Counted from the stretch's first letter, positions 7,970 through 24,293 are shown. The stretch is 64,000 nucleotides of DNA from an uncultured Gammaproteobacteria bacterium (GCA_937898685.1 CALEJT010000028.1:55-64054), one strand, 5' to 3'. A program made the numbers and translations. The notes: generated from the sequence alone by a model not told the origin.

Positions 7970-9370
7970 TTAAAGTGTCAGCAGGAAAGCGACCAAGTCT
8001 TCCTTCTCCTGATCCGTCAGATTCACACCCAGCACCAGGTTGAAGAACTCCACGGTGTCGGCGAGCGTGAGCAAACGACCATCATGTAAGTAGGGCGGTG
8101 AATCCTTGATGCCTCGGAGCGTGAAGGTCTTGATCGGACCATCGGCACTCGCGAGACGTCCGAGAATTTCGCGTTCCTCGAAGAAGCGCTCGGTGCGCAG
8201 GTTATGCATCAGGTTGTCGGTGAAGTAGGGCGGTACATGACAGCTGGCGCAGCGGCCCTTGTTGTGGAAGACGTCTTCACCGCGCAGCTCCTGCTCCGTG
8301 GCCAATGTCGGATCGAGCCGACCGAACACATCGAGTTTCGGCGCAGGCGGAAAATCCAATAACTCTTGCACTTCCGCCATGTTGTGCACCTCACTGCCAC
8401 GTTCGAGGACGCGCACGCCCTTCTTGGTTGCGACCACCGGGTCGCCGTCGAAATAAGCTGCACGCTGTTCGAACTCGGTGAAGTCTTCGATGGTCTTCAA
8501 TGCGCGCTGCGAGCCAAATAGACGCTGCACGTTCACGCCACGCAGTGAAGGCGTATCGATGCGGTGCCGGTGATTTTGCGGGCGAATGTCGCCGACGAGG
8601 TGAGTTGCGGCATTGGTGTGGCCGTTCACATGGCAGTCGAAACAGGTGACGCCCATGCTGGGTTCCGGTGAACGACGGTCCGCAGTGGAGTTGAACTGCT
8701 GTTGCATCATTGGTGTCACCAATAGCCGGAAACCATCGAGTTGTTTAGGGTTGAGGATGCCGTTGAAGAGCTCATAGAAGTTCGCGAGCGTCACCACCTG
8801 GCCTTGCGAAACGTCACCCAGGTCAGGGCGCGTCGTCAGATAGATGGCAGGTGGGAACTCGGGCAGAAAATGATCCGGCAACTGATAACTGAGGTCGAAG
8901 CGAGTCAGGTCCCTTCCATCCTGCTCCCGGATGCGATCGATATGGAATTGCGGAAACAGCATGCCGCCTTCGGCATGATTTTCGTGGGGCAGGGGGTAAA
9001 AACCGGCTGGCCAGAGATTGCCGTCTTTGATCTGCTGCGGCGTCATCGCCGCCAAGTCCTGCCATGAGGTCCCGGCAGGCAGCCGAACTCGTACTCCTCC
9101 CTGTATCGGCTTGCCCCGACCACTCGAAGTGACGCCAGGAATGGGGTTGTCTCGCAGGTCATAACGTTCTTCGAGCAGGCGTCGGAAGTTGTTTTCGATA
9201 CCTGCCTTTTCGCCTTCCATGCGTCGTCGCACCTCGTCGAAAGGTTGTGGCTCGACGACGGGGGTGTAGCTGCTGGGCGGCGCTTCCGCGGCGTTGGCGG
9301 ATGAGATCGCAATGGTGAGGAGAGGGACGGATAGCGCAGCAGAAACTAGCGTGAAGGGCGTGGTTTTCAT
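7970..9370 (-). CDS. Diheme cytochrome c peroxidase/MauG-family protein with a long N-terminal extension
   Basis: 466-aa ORF with signal peptide ending SSANA-AEA. Two CxxCH motifs (CFDCH, CASCH) about 130 residues apart in the C-terminal half. CCP-like segments DTPSLRGV and LRGIKDSPPYLHDG. AAGGAG Shine-Dalgarno lies before the ATG. Confidence 0.8.
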   Translation of the reverse strand: MKTTPFTLVSAALSVPLLTIAISSANAAEAPPSSYTPVVEPQPFDEVRRRMEGEKAGIENNFRRLLEERYDLRDNPIPGVTSSGRGKPIQGGVRVRLPAGTSWQDLAAMTPQQIKDGNLWPAGFYPLPHENHAEGGMLFPQFHIDRIREQDGRDLTRFDLSYQLPDHFLPEFPPAIYLTTRPDLGDVSQGQVVTLANFYELFNGILNPKQLDGFRLLVTPMMQQQFNSTADRRSPEPSMGVTCFDCHVNGHTNAATHLVGDIRPQNHRHRIDTPSLRGVNVQRLFGSQRALKTIEDFTEFEQRAAYFDGDPVVATKKGVRVLERGSEVHNMAEVQELLDFPPAPKLDVFGRLDPTLATEQELRGEDVFHNKGRCASCHVPPYFTDNLMHNLRTERFFEEREILGRLASADGPIKTFTLRGIKDSPPYLHDGRLLTLADTVEFFNLVLGVNLTDQEKEDLVAFLLTL

Positions 9371-9607
9371 CTTGGCGCTCCTTTTCTGTGAGGTAGGGCC
9401 TCAGCAGTATAGGCCTAGGTGTTGCGCCAATTGATATGTGATGAGTGATCCAAATTGCAAATTCACCGCAAATATTGTGGTGTCTTCGTGATTACAGAGG
9501 CACGCTGGTATTTATGTGAACTGCAGAGCCGATATGTACCCAGCCTGCTATCAGAAGAGCTGGCGCTTAGCGTTATAGGGAAGGTCCCGATGAGCTTGAG
9601 CGGAGAA

Positions 9608-10090
9608 TCAGCGACGCGCGGCGTGTGACATCATGCGGCGCTTGGTGATGTTCCACTCGCGTTCGCGCTCTACTTCGCGCTTGTCGTAGTCGTGCTTGCC
9701 CTTGGCAAGAGCGATCTCGCATTTCACGAGATGCCCCTTCCAATACATCTTGGTGCAGATGCAGGTATGACCTTTCTGCTGGACTCCGGAAAAGATGCGA
9801 GCGAGCTCCTTGCGATTCAGCAGGAGTTTGCGCGTGCGGGTGGGGTCTGCCACGTAGTGGGTGCTGGCACTGATCAAGGGATTGATCTGTGCGCCGAACA
9901 ACCAGGCTTCGCCGTTCTTGACGAGGATGTGGCTGTCGACGAGCTGCACTTTCTTTTCGCGCAGGCTTTTGACTTCCCAACCCAGGAGTGCAATGCCTGC
10001 CTCGAAACGTTCTTCGAGGAAGTAGTCGTGGTTCGCCTTGCGGTTGACGACGATCGTGTTGTCGTCGTGTTTTACTTTCTTCTTAGCCAT
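9608..10090 (-). CDS. smpB: SsrA-binding protein SmpB
   Basis: 160 aa. The N-terminus [32 protein letters not shown] and the overall length match SmpB. Confidence 0.95.
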   Translation of the reverse strand: MAKKKVKHDDNTIVVNRKANHDYFLEERFEAGIALLGWEVKSLREKKVQLVDSHILVKNGEAWLFGAQINPLISASTHYVADPTRTRKLLLNRKELARIFSGVQQKGHTCICTKMYWKGHLVKCEIALAKGKHDYDKREVEREREWNITKRRMMSHAARR

Positions 10091-10207
10091 GCGCGCGGAT
10101 TATAGGCAGCTCGTCGCCGCCTTCCTATCGGATATTGGTCTTTGCAAATGCAACAGGTGCGTTATATGGTGCCGCCGTTCTTGATTTCGAGTCCTTGAGT
10201 CTCCTGC

Positions 10208-10645
10208 ATGATCACCATTTCCCGCTCCGCGTTGCTGCCGTATTCGGACGCGGAAGTGTTCACTCTCGTCAACGACATCGAATCCTATCCACAGTTCATG
10301 GATGGCTGTATTGCCGCCGAAGTGCTGAGCAGAAGCGAGGAAGAAGTCATCGCGCGGCTCGAACTTGGCAAAGCAGGCCTTCGCTATGCTTTCAGCACGC
10401 GCAATACGTTGGAGCCACCGAAGCGTATGGTGATGAACCTGGTCGAAGGCCCCTTTCGCAACTTCGAAGCGCAATGGCGCTTCACCGCGCTTTCACCCAC
10501 TGCGTGCAAGGCAGAGTTCGACATGCGCTTCGAGTTTTCCAGTGGTCTCGTCAATGCCGCGCTGCGTGCGCTCTTCGAAAGCACGAGCCGCGAAATGGTG
10601 GCGGCGATCTGTCGTCGTGCGGAGCAGTGCTATGGGCGGCGTTGA
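10208..10645 (+). CDS. ratA: SRPBCC-fold ribosome-association toxin RatA / Coq10-like protein
   Basis: 145 aa. Aligns by eye with E. coli RatA/YfjG (ISRSALLPYSDAEVFTLVNDIESYPQFMDGC). It is divergent from smpB, as in enterics and pseudomonads. Confidence 0.9.
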   Translation: MITISRSALLPYSDAEVFTLVNDIESYPQFMDGCIAAEVLSRSEEEVIARLELGKAGLRYAFSTRNTLEPPKRMVMNLVEGPFRNFEAQWRFTALSPTACKAEFDMRFEFSSGLVNAALRALFESTSREMVAAICRRAEQCYGRR

Positions 10646-10964
10646 AAACAATAACGACACCATCATGGTGGAAGTCGCCTACGCGCTTCCCGACCGGCAA
10701 CGCATCCTCACGTTGGAGGTCAGCCGTGGCACTACTGCATTCGAAGCAGTAGTGAAGTCGGGCATCACGCAGGAGTTTCCCGAGATCGATCTCGCCACGG
10801 CGACCATGGGAGTGTTCGCCAAGATCCTCGATGGCAAGGTATTGCCCTCACCCAAGGATTACCAACTCAAGCCGCGCGACCGCGTGGAAATCTACCGGCC
10901 GCTGATTGCCGATCCCAAGATCGCTCGCGCCCAGCGCGCCGCCAGGGCCAAGCAAGGCAAATAA
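10632..10964 (+). CDS. rnfH: RnfH-family ubiquitin-fold protein
   Basis: Contains MVEVAYALPDRQRILTLEV...RDRVEIYRPL, typical of RnfH/YfjF. ATG 10632 overlaps the ratA stop. An alternative ATG lies at 10665. Confidence 0.85.
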   Translation: MGGVENNNDTIMVEVAYALPDRQRILTLEVSRGTTAFEAVVKSGITQEFPEIDLATATMGVFAKILDGKVLPSPKDYQLKPRDRVEIYRPLIADPKIARAQRAARAKQGK

Positions 10965-10994
10965 GAAAGTTGCTGTTACCCAGGCGAGCGGCTG

Positions 10995-11417
10995 TTACTG
11001 CTGCTGCGACGTGGCGGAATCGCTGCTTGGACGGACGCTGCTGAACTGGTTGTTTTCCGGCGTCTGCTGGAAGTCGCCTTCGAAGTGCGTCAGCTGGTTG
11101 TTCTCGAAGTACAGCGTGAGGCGCTCCTGCACGCGTTCACCGCCGCCGGGCTGGAAACTGTAGATGTAGTCCCAGCGATCCTGGTGGAAGGTGTCGCGCA
11201 CGAGAGGCGTGCCGAGGATGAAGATGACTTGGTTCTTGGTAAGGCCCGGCCGAAGCTGGTCCACCATCTTCTGGGTGATGATGTTGCCCTGCGGGATGTC
11301 GATACGGTAGACGCCCGGAAAACTGAAGGACGATACCGAACCACAGCCGCCTAGCATTAAGGCGCTGACGCAGAGCAGGACTCGCGTGAACTGACTGTTG
11401 TAGTTAATGCGCAACAT
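10995..11417 (-). CDS. bamE: Outer-membrane protein assembly factor BamE (SmpA/OmlA lipoprotein)
   Basis: Lipobox LMLGGC followed by [36 protein letters not shown]. The ORF track starts at TTG 11438, but ATG 11417 is preferred. Confidence 0.9.
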   Translation of the reverse strand: MLRINYNSQFTRVLLCVSALMLGGCGSVSSFSFPGVYRIDIPQGNIITQKMVDQLRPGLTKNQVIFILGTPLVRDTFHQDRWDYIYSFQPGGGERVQERLTLYFENNQLTHFEGDFQQTPENNQFSSVRPSSDSATSQQQ

Positions 11418-11574
11418 CTCTCTACGTTGGCTTGCCAAGTGGACTTGGATTTACTTACCTGAGGAACGCGGCATAATACCCCAAACCCAAAATTTGTGTC
11501 AGTCCGGCGGGGTTCACCCCCTATGTAGTACACCGGACAGCGGCCCCGTGTCCGTGGCCCAATAGGAGTAAGCG

Positions 11575-11994
11575 ATGAGCGGAGAAAATCAGGAATTGCG
11601 CAAGGCGGGGCTCAAGGTCACGTTGCCCAGAGTCAAGATCATGCAGATTCTGGAAGCTGCCCGGGACCGTCACCTCAGCGCGGAAGACGTCTACAAGGCC
11701 TTGCGCGATGCCGATGAGGATGTGGGGCTTGCCACCGTTTATCGCGTGCTCACTCAGTTCGAAAGTGCTGGGCTCGTGCAACGCCACCATTTCGAAGGCG
11801 GCCATTCCGTATTCGAAATGCGCCCCGAAGAACATCACGATCACATCGTATGCACTAAGTGCGGACGCGTGGAAGAGTTCATCGACGAAGTGATTGAGGA
11901 GCGTCAAGAACAGATGGCGAAGAAGCTCGGCTTCACCATCAGCGATCACTCACTCTACATCTACGGGCTCTGCGCCAACTGCCAGGTGCCCTGA
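11575..11994 (+). CDS. fur: Ferric uptake regulator Fur
   Basis: 139 aa. LRKAGLKVTLPRVKIMQILE, the HHDH motif and C-terminal CxxC pairs (CTKCG, CANC). Confidence 0.95.
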   Translation: MSGENQELRKAGLKVTLPRVKIMQILEAARDRHLSAEDVYKALRDADEDVGLATVYRVLTQFESAGLVQRHHFEGGHSVFEMRPEEHHDHIVCTKCGRVEEFIDEVIEERQEQMAKKLGFTISDHSLYIYGLCANCQVP

Positions 11995-11997
11995 GCC

Positions 11998-13671
11998 TCA
12001 AGCTCCAAGTCCCAGTAGTTCTTGTGCATGCGCCAACGACTGGCGTGATTGTTCATCTCCCCCCAGCATGCGCGAGATTTCCGAGATCCGTTGCGAACGA
12101 TCCAGCGCCACCAAGGTGGTGCTGGTCGTCTTGCCGTCCGACGACTTGCTCACCAAAAGATGCTGATCGGCCTGCGCCGCCACCTGTGCCTGATGCGTGA
12201 CGCACAGCACCTGACCGCGTTTGCCGAGCTCGTGCAATAGTTCACCTACCGCGCGCGCAGTGGCGCCGCCGATGCCTACGTCCACTTCGTCGAATACCAG
12301 CGCGGGGATGCGGCTGGTCTGTGCCGTGACCACCTGGATCGCGAGGCTGATGCGCGACAGCTCGCCACCGGAGGCGATCTTGATCAGCGGCTTCGCCGGC
12401 TGACCGGGGTTGGTGCTCACCAGGAATTCGACGTGGTCATGGCCGCGCGCCGAGGGCGTGCCGTTGGGATCGGTATTCAGTGCTACTTCGAAGCGAGAGC
12501 TGGCCATGCCGAGCTCGGCGAGACGAGCATTCACTGCCGTGCTCAAACGTTTACCGGCCTGGGCGCGCGCCTTGCTGAGCGCAGCAGCCAGTTTGTGATA
12601 CGCCTGCAAGGCCTTTTCATGCTGAGCCTGCAAAGCGGCAAGTCTGCCATCTGCGCCGCTGATGCTGGCGAGGCGGTCGCGTAGGGTTCGAGCGTGTTCG
12701 TAGAGCGCTTGCGGTTCCACGCGGTGCTTGCGCGCCAAGCGGTGGATCAGGCCCAGGCGCTCGTCCACTTCGGCGAGGCGCTCCGGGTTGAGCTCGACAC
12801 GATCGAGTGCCTTGTTCAATACGTGCGAGGCTTCCTCCACCTGGATCAGTGCGCTCGACAGCATGTTGTGCGCTTCGCTGAGCTCGGGCGTCTGGTAGGG
12901 CAGGGTTTCCATCATGCTGCAGGCCCGGCGCAGACTCTGCTCGATGTTGCCCTCGTCCGCCTCGCTGCACAGTTGTACCAGGCCCTGCAGGGCAGTCCTT
13001 GCAGTATCGGCATGACTGAGCTGGGCATGTTCCTGCTCCAGGGCGGGGAGTTCGTTCTCGACCAGGCGTGCCTCGTCCAATTCCTTGACCTGAAAGGTCA
13101 GGAGTTCCACCTGGGCGGCGTCGGCTTGTTGGGCCTGGCTAAGCGCTTCGATTTCCTGGGTGAGCTGACGCAATTCCTGTGCGGCTTCGGCCACCTGGTG
13201 GCTCTGTGCTTCCAGTCCACCAAAGGCGTCCAGCAGACGTTGGTGGGTGGCGACCTTGAGCAGCGACTGATGTTCGTGCTGGCTGTGGATGTCGATCAGC
13301 ATCTCGCCCAGCGTGCGCAGCTCGGCGAGGGTGGTGGGTTGCCCATTGATGTAGGCACGCGAGCGCCCATCTCGACTCAACACGCGCCGCAGGATGCACA
13401 GATCCTCCGCCTCTGGATAATCGTGCTCCTGCAACCATTTGGCAGCTTCGGGCTGCCCTTGGAGGCTGAAGGTGGCGCTGATGTCGGCGCGCTCCTCGCC
13501 GGTGCGGATCACGTCGAGGTCGGCGCGATCGCCCAGAGCGAGGCCCAGTGCGTCCAGCATGATGGACTTGCCGGCGCCGGTCTCACCGGTGATGGCAGTC
13601 ATCCCGGGTTGGAGTTCCAGGTCGAGCTTGGCAACGAGGGCGAAGTTCTGAATCGTGAGCTGTACGAGCAT
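11998..13671 (-). CDS. recN: DNA repair protein RecN
   Basis: 557 aa. N-terminus MLVQLTIQNFALV, Walker A GETGAGKS, a long coiled-coil middle region and C-terminal SGGELSRISLA. Confidence 0.95.
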   Translation of the reverse strand: MLVQLTIQNFALVAKLDLELQPGMTAITGETGAGKSIMLDALGLALGDRADLDVIRTGEERADISATFSLQGQPEAAKWLQEHDYPEAEDLCILRRVLSRDGRSRAYINGQPTTLAELRTLGEMLIDIHSQHEHQSLLKVATHQRLLDAFGGLEAQSHQVAEAAQELRQLTQEIEALSQAQQADAAQVELLTFQVKELDEARLVENELPALEQEHAQLSHADTARTALQGLVQLCSEADEGNIEQSLRRACSMMETLPYQTPELSEAHNMLSSALIQVEEASHVLNKALDRVELNPERLAEVDERLGLIHRLARKHRVEPQALYEHARTLRDRLASISGADGRLAALQAQHEKALQAYHKLAAALSKARAQAGKRLSTAVNARLAELGMASSRFEVALNTDPNGTPSARGHDHVEFLVSTNPGQPAKPLIKIASGGELSRISLAIQVVTAQTSRIPALVFDEVDVGIGGATARAVGELLHELGKRGQVLCVTHQAQVAAQADQHLLVSKSSDGKTTSTTLVALDRSQRISEISRMLGGDEQSRQSLAHAQELLGLGA

Positions 13672-13774
13672 AAGGCCGGCGGGGTGTTCGGATTGCCTGA
13701 TTGTAGTGGAAGCCCTTGCAAATTACCCCTCGCCATCCTGGCGATGAGAGTGGCGAGAGATATGAAGATCGGGC

Positions 13775-13802
13775 CTTGAATCTCAATACCCCGACCCCAT
13801 AT
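13775..13802 (+). promoter_or_regulatory. Sigma-32 (heat-shock) type promoter upstream of grpE
   Basis: CTTGAA (13775-13780), a 14-nt spacer, then CCCCATAT (13795-13802). This matches the E. coli-type consensus CTTGAA-N13-15-CCCCATnT. It lies 49 nt before the grpE ATG. Confidence 0.65.
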
Positions 13803-13850
13803 CGCGCCGAGTTTTATTGACGCTATGTAAACGTAGGGCAGGAGGAAGTG

Positions 13851-14432
13851 ATGGTCGACGAACCGCAGGATAAGGTCAGCCCCGAGGCTGAGACCGCGCA
13901 GGTGGATGCTAACGCACAGGAAGGTGTCCAGCAGGAACCAGCCGCGGGCGAGGTGGATGAGCTGGCCGAGCGCATCCAGGAAGCGGTGAACGCGGCCCTC
14001 GCCGAGCAACGCGACATGGTGTTGCGGGCCCAGGCCGAGTTGCAGACCATGCGTCGCCGTTGCGAAGCGGATGTCGAAAAGGCACACAAATTCGCCTTGG
14101 AAAAATTCAGTGCCGAGCTGCTGTCCGTGGTGGACAACCTCGAGCGAGCCCTGGCGTCCAAGCCGAGCGACAATGTCGATCCCGCCGTGACCGCCTTGTT
14201 CGAAGGCGTGGAACTGACGCTGAAGGGGCTGCTCGACACCTTCGGCAAGTACAACATCCAACAGATCGACCCGCAGGGTGCTCCCTTCGATCCGCAGGAG
14301 CATGAGGCCATCGCCATGGTGCCGAACCCTGCCGTGGAGCCGAACACCGTGGTCGACGTGATGCAGAAGGGCTACTCGCTCAATGGTCGCATCCTGAGAC
14401 CGGCCCGGGTCGTAGTGGCAAAAGCGTCGTAA
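13851..14432 (+). CDS. grpE: Nucleotide exchange factor GrpE
   Basis: GrpE-like sequence ([28 protein letters not shown]...DPQEHEAI). AGGAGG lies 5 nt before ATG 13851. The ORF track starts one codon earlier, at GTG 13848. Confidence 0.95.
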   Translation: MVDEPQDKVSPEAETAQVDANAQEGVQQEPAAGEVDELAERIQEAVNAALAEQRDMVLRAQAELQTMRRRCEADVEKAHKFALEKFSAELLSVVDNLERALASKPSDNVDPAVTALFEGVELTLKGLLDTFGKYNIQQIDPQGAPFDPQEHEAIAMVPNPAVEPNTVVDVMQKGYSLNGRILRPARVVVAKAS

Positions 14433-14467
14433 GCGGCACGATTCCCCACAAATTTCAGGGATTTCCC

Positions 14468-14495
14468 CTTGAATTCAGTGTGGACGGATCAATAT
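14468..14495 (+). promoter_or_regulatory. Sigma-32-like promoter upstream of dnaK
   Basis: CCCCTTGAA with the -35 core at 14468-14473, a 14-nt spacer, then ATCAATAT (14488-14495). The -35 match is strong and the -10 match is weaker. Confidence 0.45.
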
Positions 14496-14575
14496 AGCCA
14501 GGCAGTTTGACCGCAACTCTCGAGCATAAGAAGCGGTTGAAATAAAACAGAATTTGCAGTCAGCGGAGAGCATAC

Positions 14576-16513
<1,938 letters not shown>

Positions 16514-16545
16514 GGCAGTTCCGCTACGGCGGGTGTAAGTTGATG

Positions 16546-16575
16546 AAAACTGACGGAGGATGCTCCGTCAGTTTT
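16546..16575 (+). terminator. Intercistronic hairpin/partial terminator between dnaK and dnaJ
   Basis: AAAACTGACGGAG-gatg-CTCCGTCAGTTTT. The 13-bp stem ends in a T-run. It lies 33 nt after the dnaK stop and 33 nt before the dnaJ ATG. Confidence 0.6.
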
Positions 16576-16607
16576 CGTGTGTTCGAGAAAAACGATCTGG
16601 AAGCGGC

Positions 16608-18534
<1,927 letters not shown>

Positions 18535-18676
18535 TGAGCTCGAGTGTCGAGAAATACGGAGAAACGGCGCAAAAGGAAATAAGCGTTGGACAAGGCTTTC
18601 TCGGTTTTCATAAAATAGCCGCTCAGTATGAACGGCACTGAGACAGCAACTCTCCAGTTCTTCTACAGGACACCGG

Positions 18677-18714
18677 AAAAAGCGGAATGAGCAACAGGCA
18701 TTCCGCTTTTTTTT
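18677..18714 (+). terminator. Strong rho-independent hairpin between dapB and carA (dapB terminator and/or carA attenuator)
   Basis: AAAAAGCGGAATG-agcaacagg-CATTCCGC followed by eight T (18707-18714). It lies 143 nt after the dapB stop and about 160 nt before carA. Confidence 0.8.
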
Positions 18715-18875
18715 AGGCGCCGCAGATGCGGCCCGCTGTTTAGGTAGTCGTTCAACTCTCTAGCGTTACTGCGTTACCTTGCTTCGGCTTCATTACCATT
18801 TCTGATGGATGGCGGGCGACTGCCCAGGCCAAGCGTAGCGTGCAACTTGCGCTCACAGCTGACGAGGACACAACT

Positions 18876-20048
18876 TTGGCAACAGCTTCGTACAACCCTG
18901 CGCTCCTGGTGCTGGCGGACGGCTCCGTCTTCACTGGTATTTCCATCGGCGCCGAAGGTCTTTCCGTGGGAGAAGTGGTCTTCAACACATCGATGACCGG
19001 CTACCAGGAAATTCTCACCGATCCTTCGTACGCCAAACAGATCGTCACTCTGACCTATCCCCACATCGGCAACACCGGCACCACGCCGGAAGATGACGAG
19101 TCCGACCGCGTCTGGGCCTCGGGACTCGTGATCCGCAATCTGCCCTTGCTCGCCAGCAACTTCCGCAACCGGCAGAACCTCGATGCCTATCTGAAGGAGC
19201 GCAACGTCGTTGCCATCGCCGAAATCGACACGCGCCGCCTCACGCGCCTTCTGCGTGAAAAAGGTGCGCAGAACGGCTGTCTGTTCGCCGGTGCCGAAGT
19301 GGCTGCGGACATCGAAGCTGCGAAGGCCAAAGCTTTGCAGGCCGCACGCGAATTCCCGGGTCTCGTCGGCATGGATCTGGCGAAGGTCGTTTCCTGCAAG
19401 GAGCGCTATGAGTGGCGTGAAGGTTCTTGGAAGCTGGGGCAGGGCCACATTACGCCTGAGCACTCTCCGCATCATGTCGTTGCCTATGACTTCGGCGTCA
19501 AACGCAACATTCTGCGCATGCTGGCAGACCGCGGCTGCCGTGTGACCGTCGTGCCTGCGCAGACCCCGGCCAGCGAAGTGCTGGCCATGAATCCCGATGG
19601 CGTATTCCTCGCCAACGGCCCTGGCGATCCGCAGCCTTGCGATTACGCGATTGCCGCGATTCAGGAAATTCTCAAAACCGACCTGCCTGTGTTCGGCATC
19701 TGTCTCGGCCATCAGCTGCTCGGTCTGGCCTGTGGTGCGCGCACGGTAAAAATGCCCACTGGCCATCACGGTGCGAACCACCCGGTGCAGGACCTCGAGA
19801 CCGGTCGTGTCTACATCACCAGCCAGAACCATGGCTTCGCGGTGGATGAGGCGACTTTGCCCACCAACGTCGTGGCGACGCACAAATCGCTCTTCGACGG
19901 TACCTTGCAGGGCATCCACCTCACCGACAAGCCCGCCTTCGGCTTCCAGGGCCATCCCGAAGCCAGCCCGGGTCCGCACGACATCGCGCCGGTTTTTGAC
20001 CATTTCATCCAACTCATCGAGCAGCGCAAGCAAACTGCCCGCAAGTGA
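18876..20048 (+). CDS. carA: Carbamoyl-phosphate synthase small (glutaminase) subunit CarA
   Basis: [38 protein letters not shown] and the GICLGHQ amidotransferase site. TTG 18876 has GAGGA 8 nt upstream and fits homologue N-termini. The ORF track starts at GTG 18840. Confidence 0.93.
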   Translation: MATASYNPALLVLADGSVFTGISIGAEGLSVGEVVFNTSMTGYQEILTDPSYAKQIVTLTYPHIGNTGTTPEDDESDRVWASGLVIRNLPLLASNFRNRQNLDAYLKERNVVAIAEIDTRRLTRLLREKGAQNGCLFAGAEVAADIEAAKAKALQAAREFPGLVGMDLAKVVSCKERYEWREGSWKLGQGHITPEHSPHHVVAYDFGVKRNILRMLADRGCRVTVVPAQTPASEVLAMNPDGVFLANGPGDPQPCDYAIAAIQEILKTDLPVFGICLGHQLLGLACGARTVKMPTGHHGANHPVQDLETGRVYITSQNHGFAVDEATLPTNVVATHKSLFDGTLQGIHLTDKPAFGFQGHPEASPGPHDIAPVFDHFIQLIEQRKQTARK

Positions 20049-20066
20049 GGTCTGACGAATACAGCC

Positions 20067-23285
<3,219 letters not shown>

Positions 23286-23442
23286 GGCCTAGCTCTTACA
23301 AGACTCACGTGTCGCGCCATCGCGTGACGCGTGGGTCTTTTGCAGTATTTTTTTGGAAAGCCCAGGGCGGTTGCGCCCGTGATTCTGCGGGTGCGCCCGA
23401 GTTGAGTCATGAGAAGAATTGCGTAGTGAGAACCTAAGCGCC

Positions 23443-23919
23443 ATGAGAAAAGTACCCATGACCGTGGGCGGAGCCGAACGTCTCCGTGCGGAACTGAACG
23501 AACTGAAGAACGTCACGCGTCCGCGCATCGTGCAGGCGATCGCCGAAGCGCGTGAACACGGCGATCTCAGAGAGAACGCGGAGTATCACGCTGCGCGTGA
23601 GCAGCAGAGTTTCTGCGAAGGACGCATCAAGGAAATCGAAGGCAAGCTGGCCGATTCCGAGATCATCGACGTCACCAAGATTCCCAATACCGGCAAGGTG
23701 ATCTTCGGTGTGACCGTGCGTCTTTATAACGTCGATACCGAGGAGACCGTTACCTACCAGATCGTGGGTGAGGACGAGGCCGACGTGAAGAACGGCAAGA
23801 TTTCTGTCGGTTCCCCGGTGGCGCGCGCCCTGATGGGTAAGAAGGAAGGTGACGAGATCGTGGTGAAGGCACCGAGTGGCGACATCACCTACGAAATCGA
23901 GAAGGTGGAGCACATCTAA
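23443..23919 (+). CDS. greA: Transcription elongation factor GreA
   Basis: [18 protein letters not shown] aligns with E. coli [40 protein letters not shown] is also present. The ORF-track start at TTG 23419 is probably too far upstream. Confidence 0.95.
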   Translation: MRKVPMTVGGAERLRAELNELKNVTRPRIVQAIAEAREHGDLRENAEYHAAREQQSFCEGRIKEIEGKLADSEIIDVTKIPNTGKVIFGVTVRLYNVDTEETVTYQIVGEDEADVKNGKISVGSPVARALMGKKEGDEIVVKAPSGDITYEIEKVEHI

Positions 23920-23932
23920 TTGGATGATCTGC

Positions 23933-23957
23933 CAAGGACCTGCATCGCAGGTCCTTG
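23933..23957. terminator. Hairpin between convergent greA and yhbY
   Basis: CAAGGACCTGC-atc-GCAGGTCCTTG, an 11-bp perfect stem. There is no clear T-tract on either side. Confidence 0.5.
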
Positions 23958-23975
23958 CGAATCGGTGCTGCGGAC

Positions 23976-24293
23976 TCAGTTCAGCAGCATCTTGTAGCGA
24001 TGCAGGTTGGAGAGTTCGGGTTTGACCTTCAACGCCTTGCGCAGCAGAAGGGCCATATGACCAGCCACCTGGATCACTTCGGCGCCAGTGCGATCACAGA
24101 TTTCCTCGATCAGCGCCGCCTTCTCTTCCCGATCCTCGGCCAGAACCCGCACCTTGATCAGTTCATGATCGTTCAGGGCGCGTTCGATCTCGGCCAATAC
24201 GTTGTCGGAAAGTCCGTTGCTGATGATGACGATGGGCTGCAGTTTGTGACCGATGGCGCGGTACTGCCGGCGTAAAGAGTTGTCGCTGCGCAT
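23976..24293 (-). CDS. yhbY: CRM-domain RNA-binding protein YhbY
   Basis: LQPIVIISNGLSDNVLAEIERALNDHELIKVRV aligns with E. coli YhbY. ATG 24293 matches the homologue N-terminus length. The ORF track starts at TTG 24305. Confidence 0.9.
   Translation of the reverse strand: MRSDNSLRRQYRAIGHKLQPIVIISNGLSDNVLAEIERALNDHELIKVRVLAEDREEKAALIEEICDRTGAEVIQVAGHMALLLRKALKVKPELSNLHRYKMLLN

Noticed and set aside
9371-9607. Searched for tmRNA (ssrA) beside smpB, also in 10091-10207
   Set aside because: No tRNA-Ala-like acceptor/T-arm ends and no tag-peptide reading frame were found. The intervals are short, AT-richer promoter regions.
13672-13774. Looked for a LexA/SOS box (CTGT-N8-ACAG) upstream of recN
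   Set aside because: None was found. Only a short palindrome, TCGCCA-tcc-TGGCGA (13729-13743), of unknown meaning is present. No call was made.
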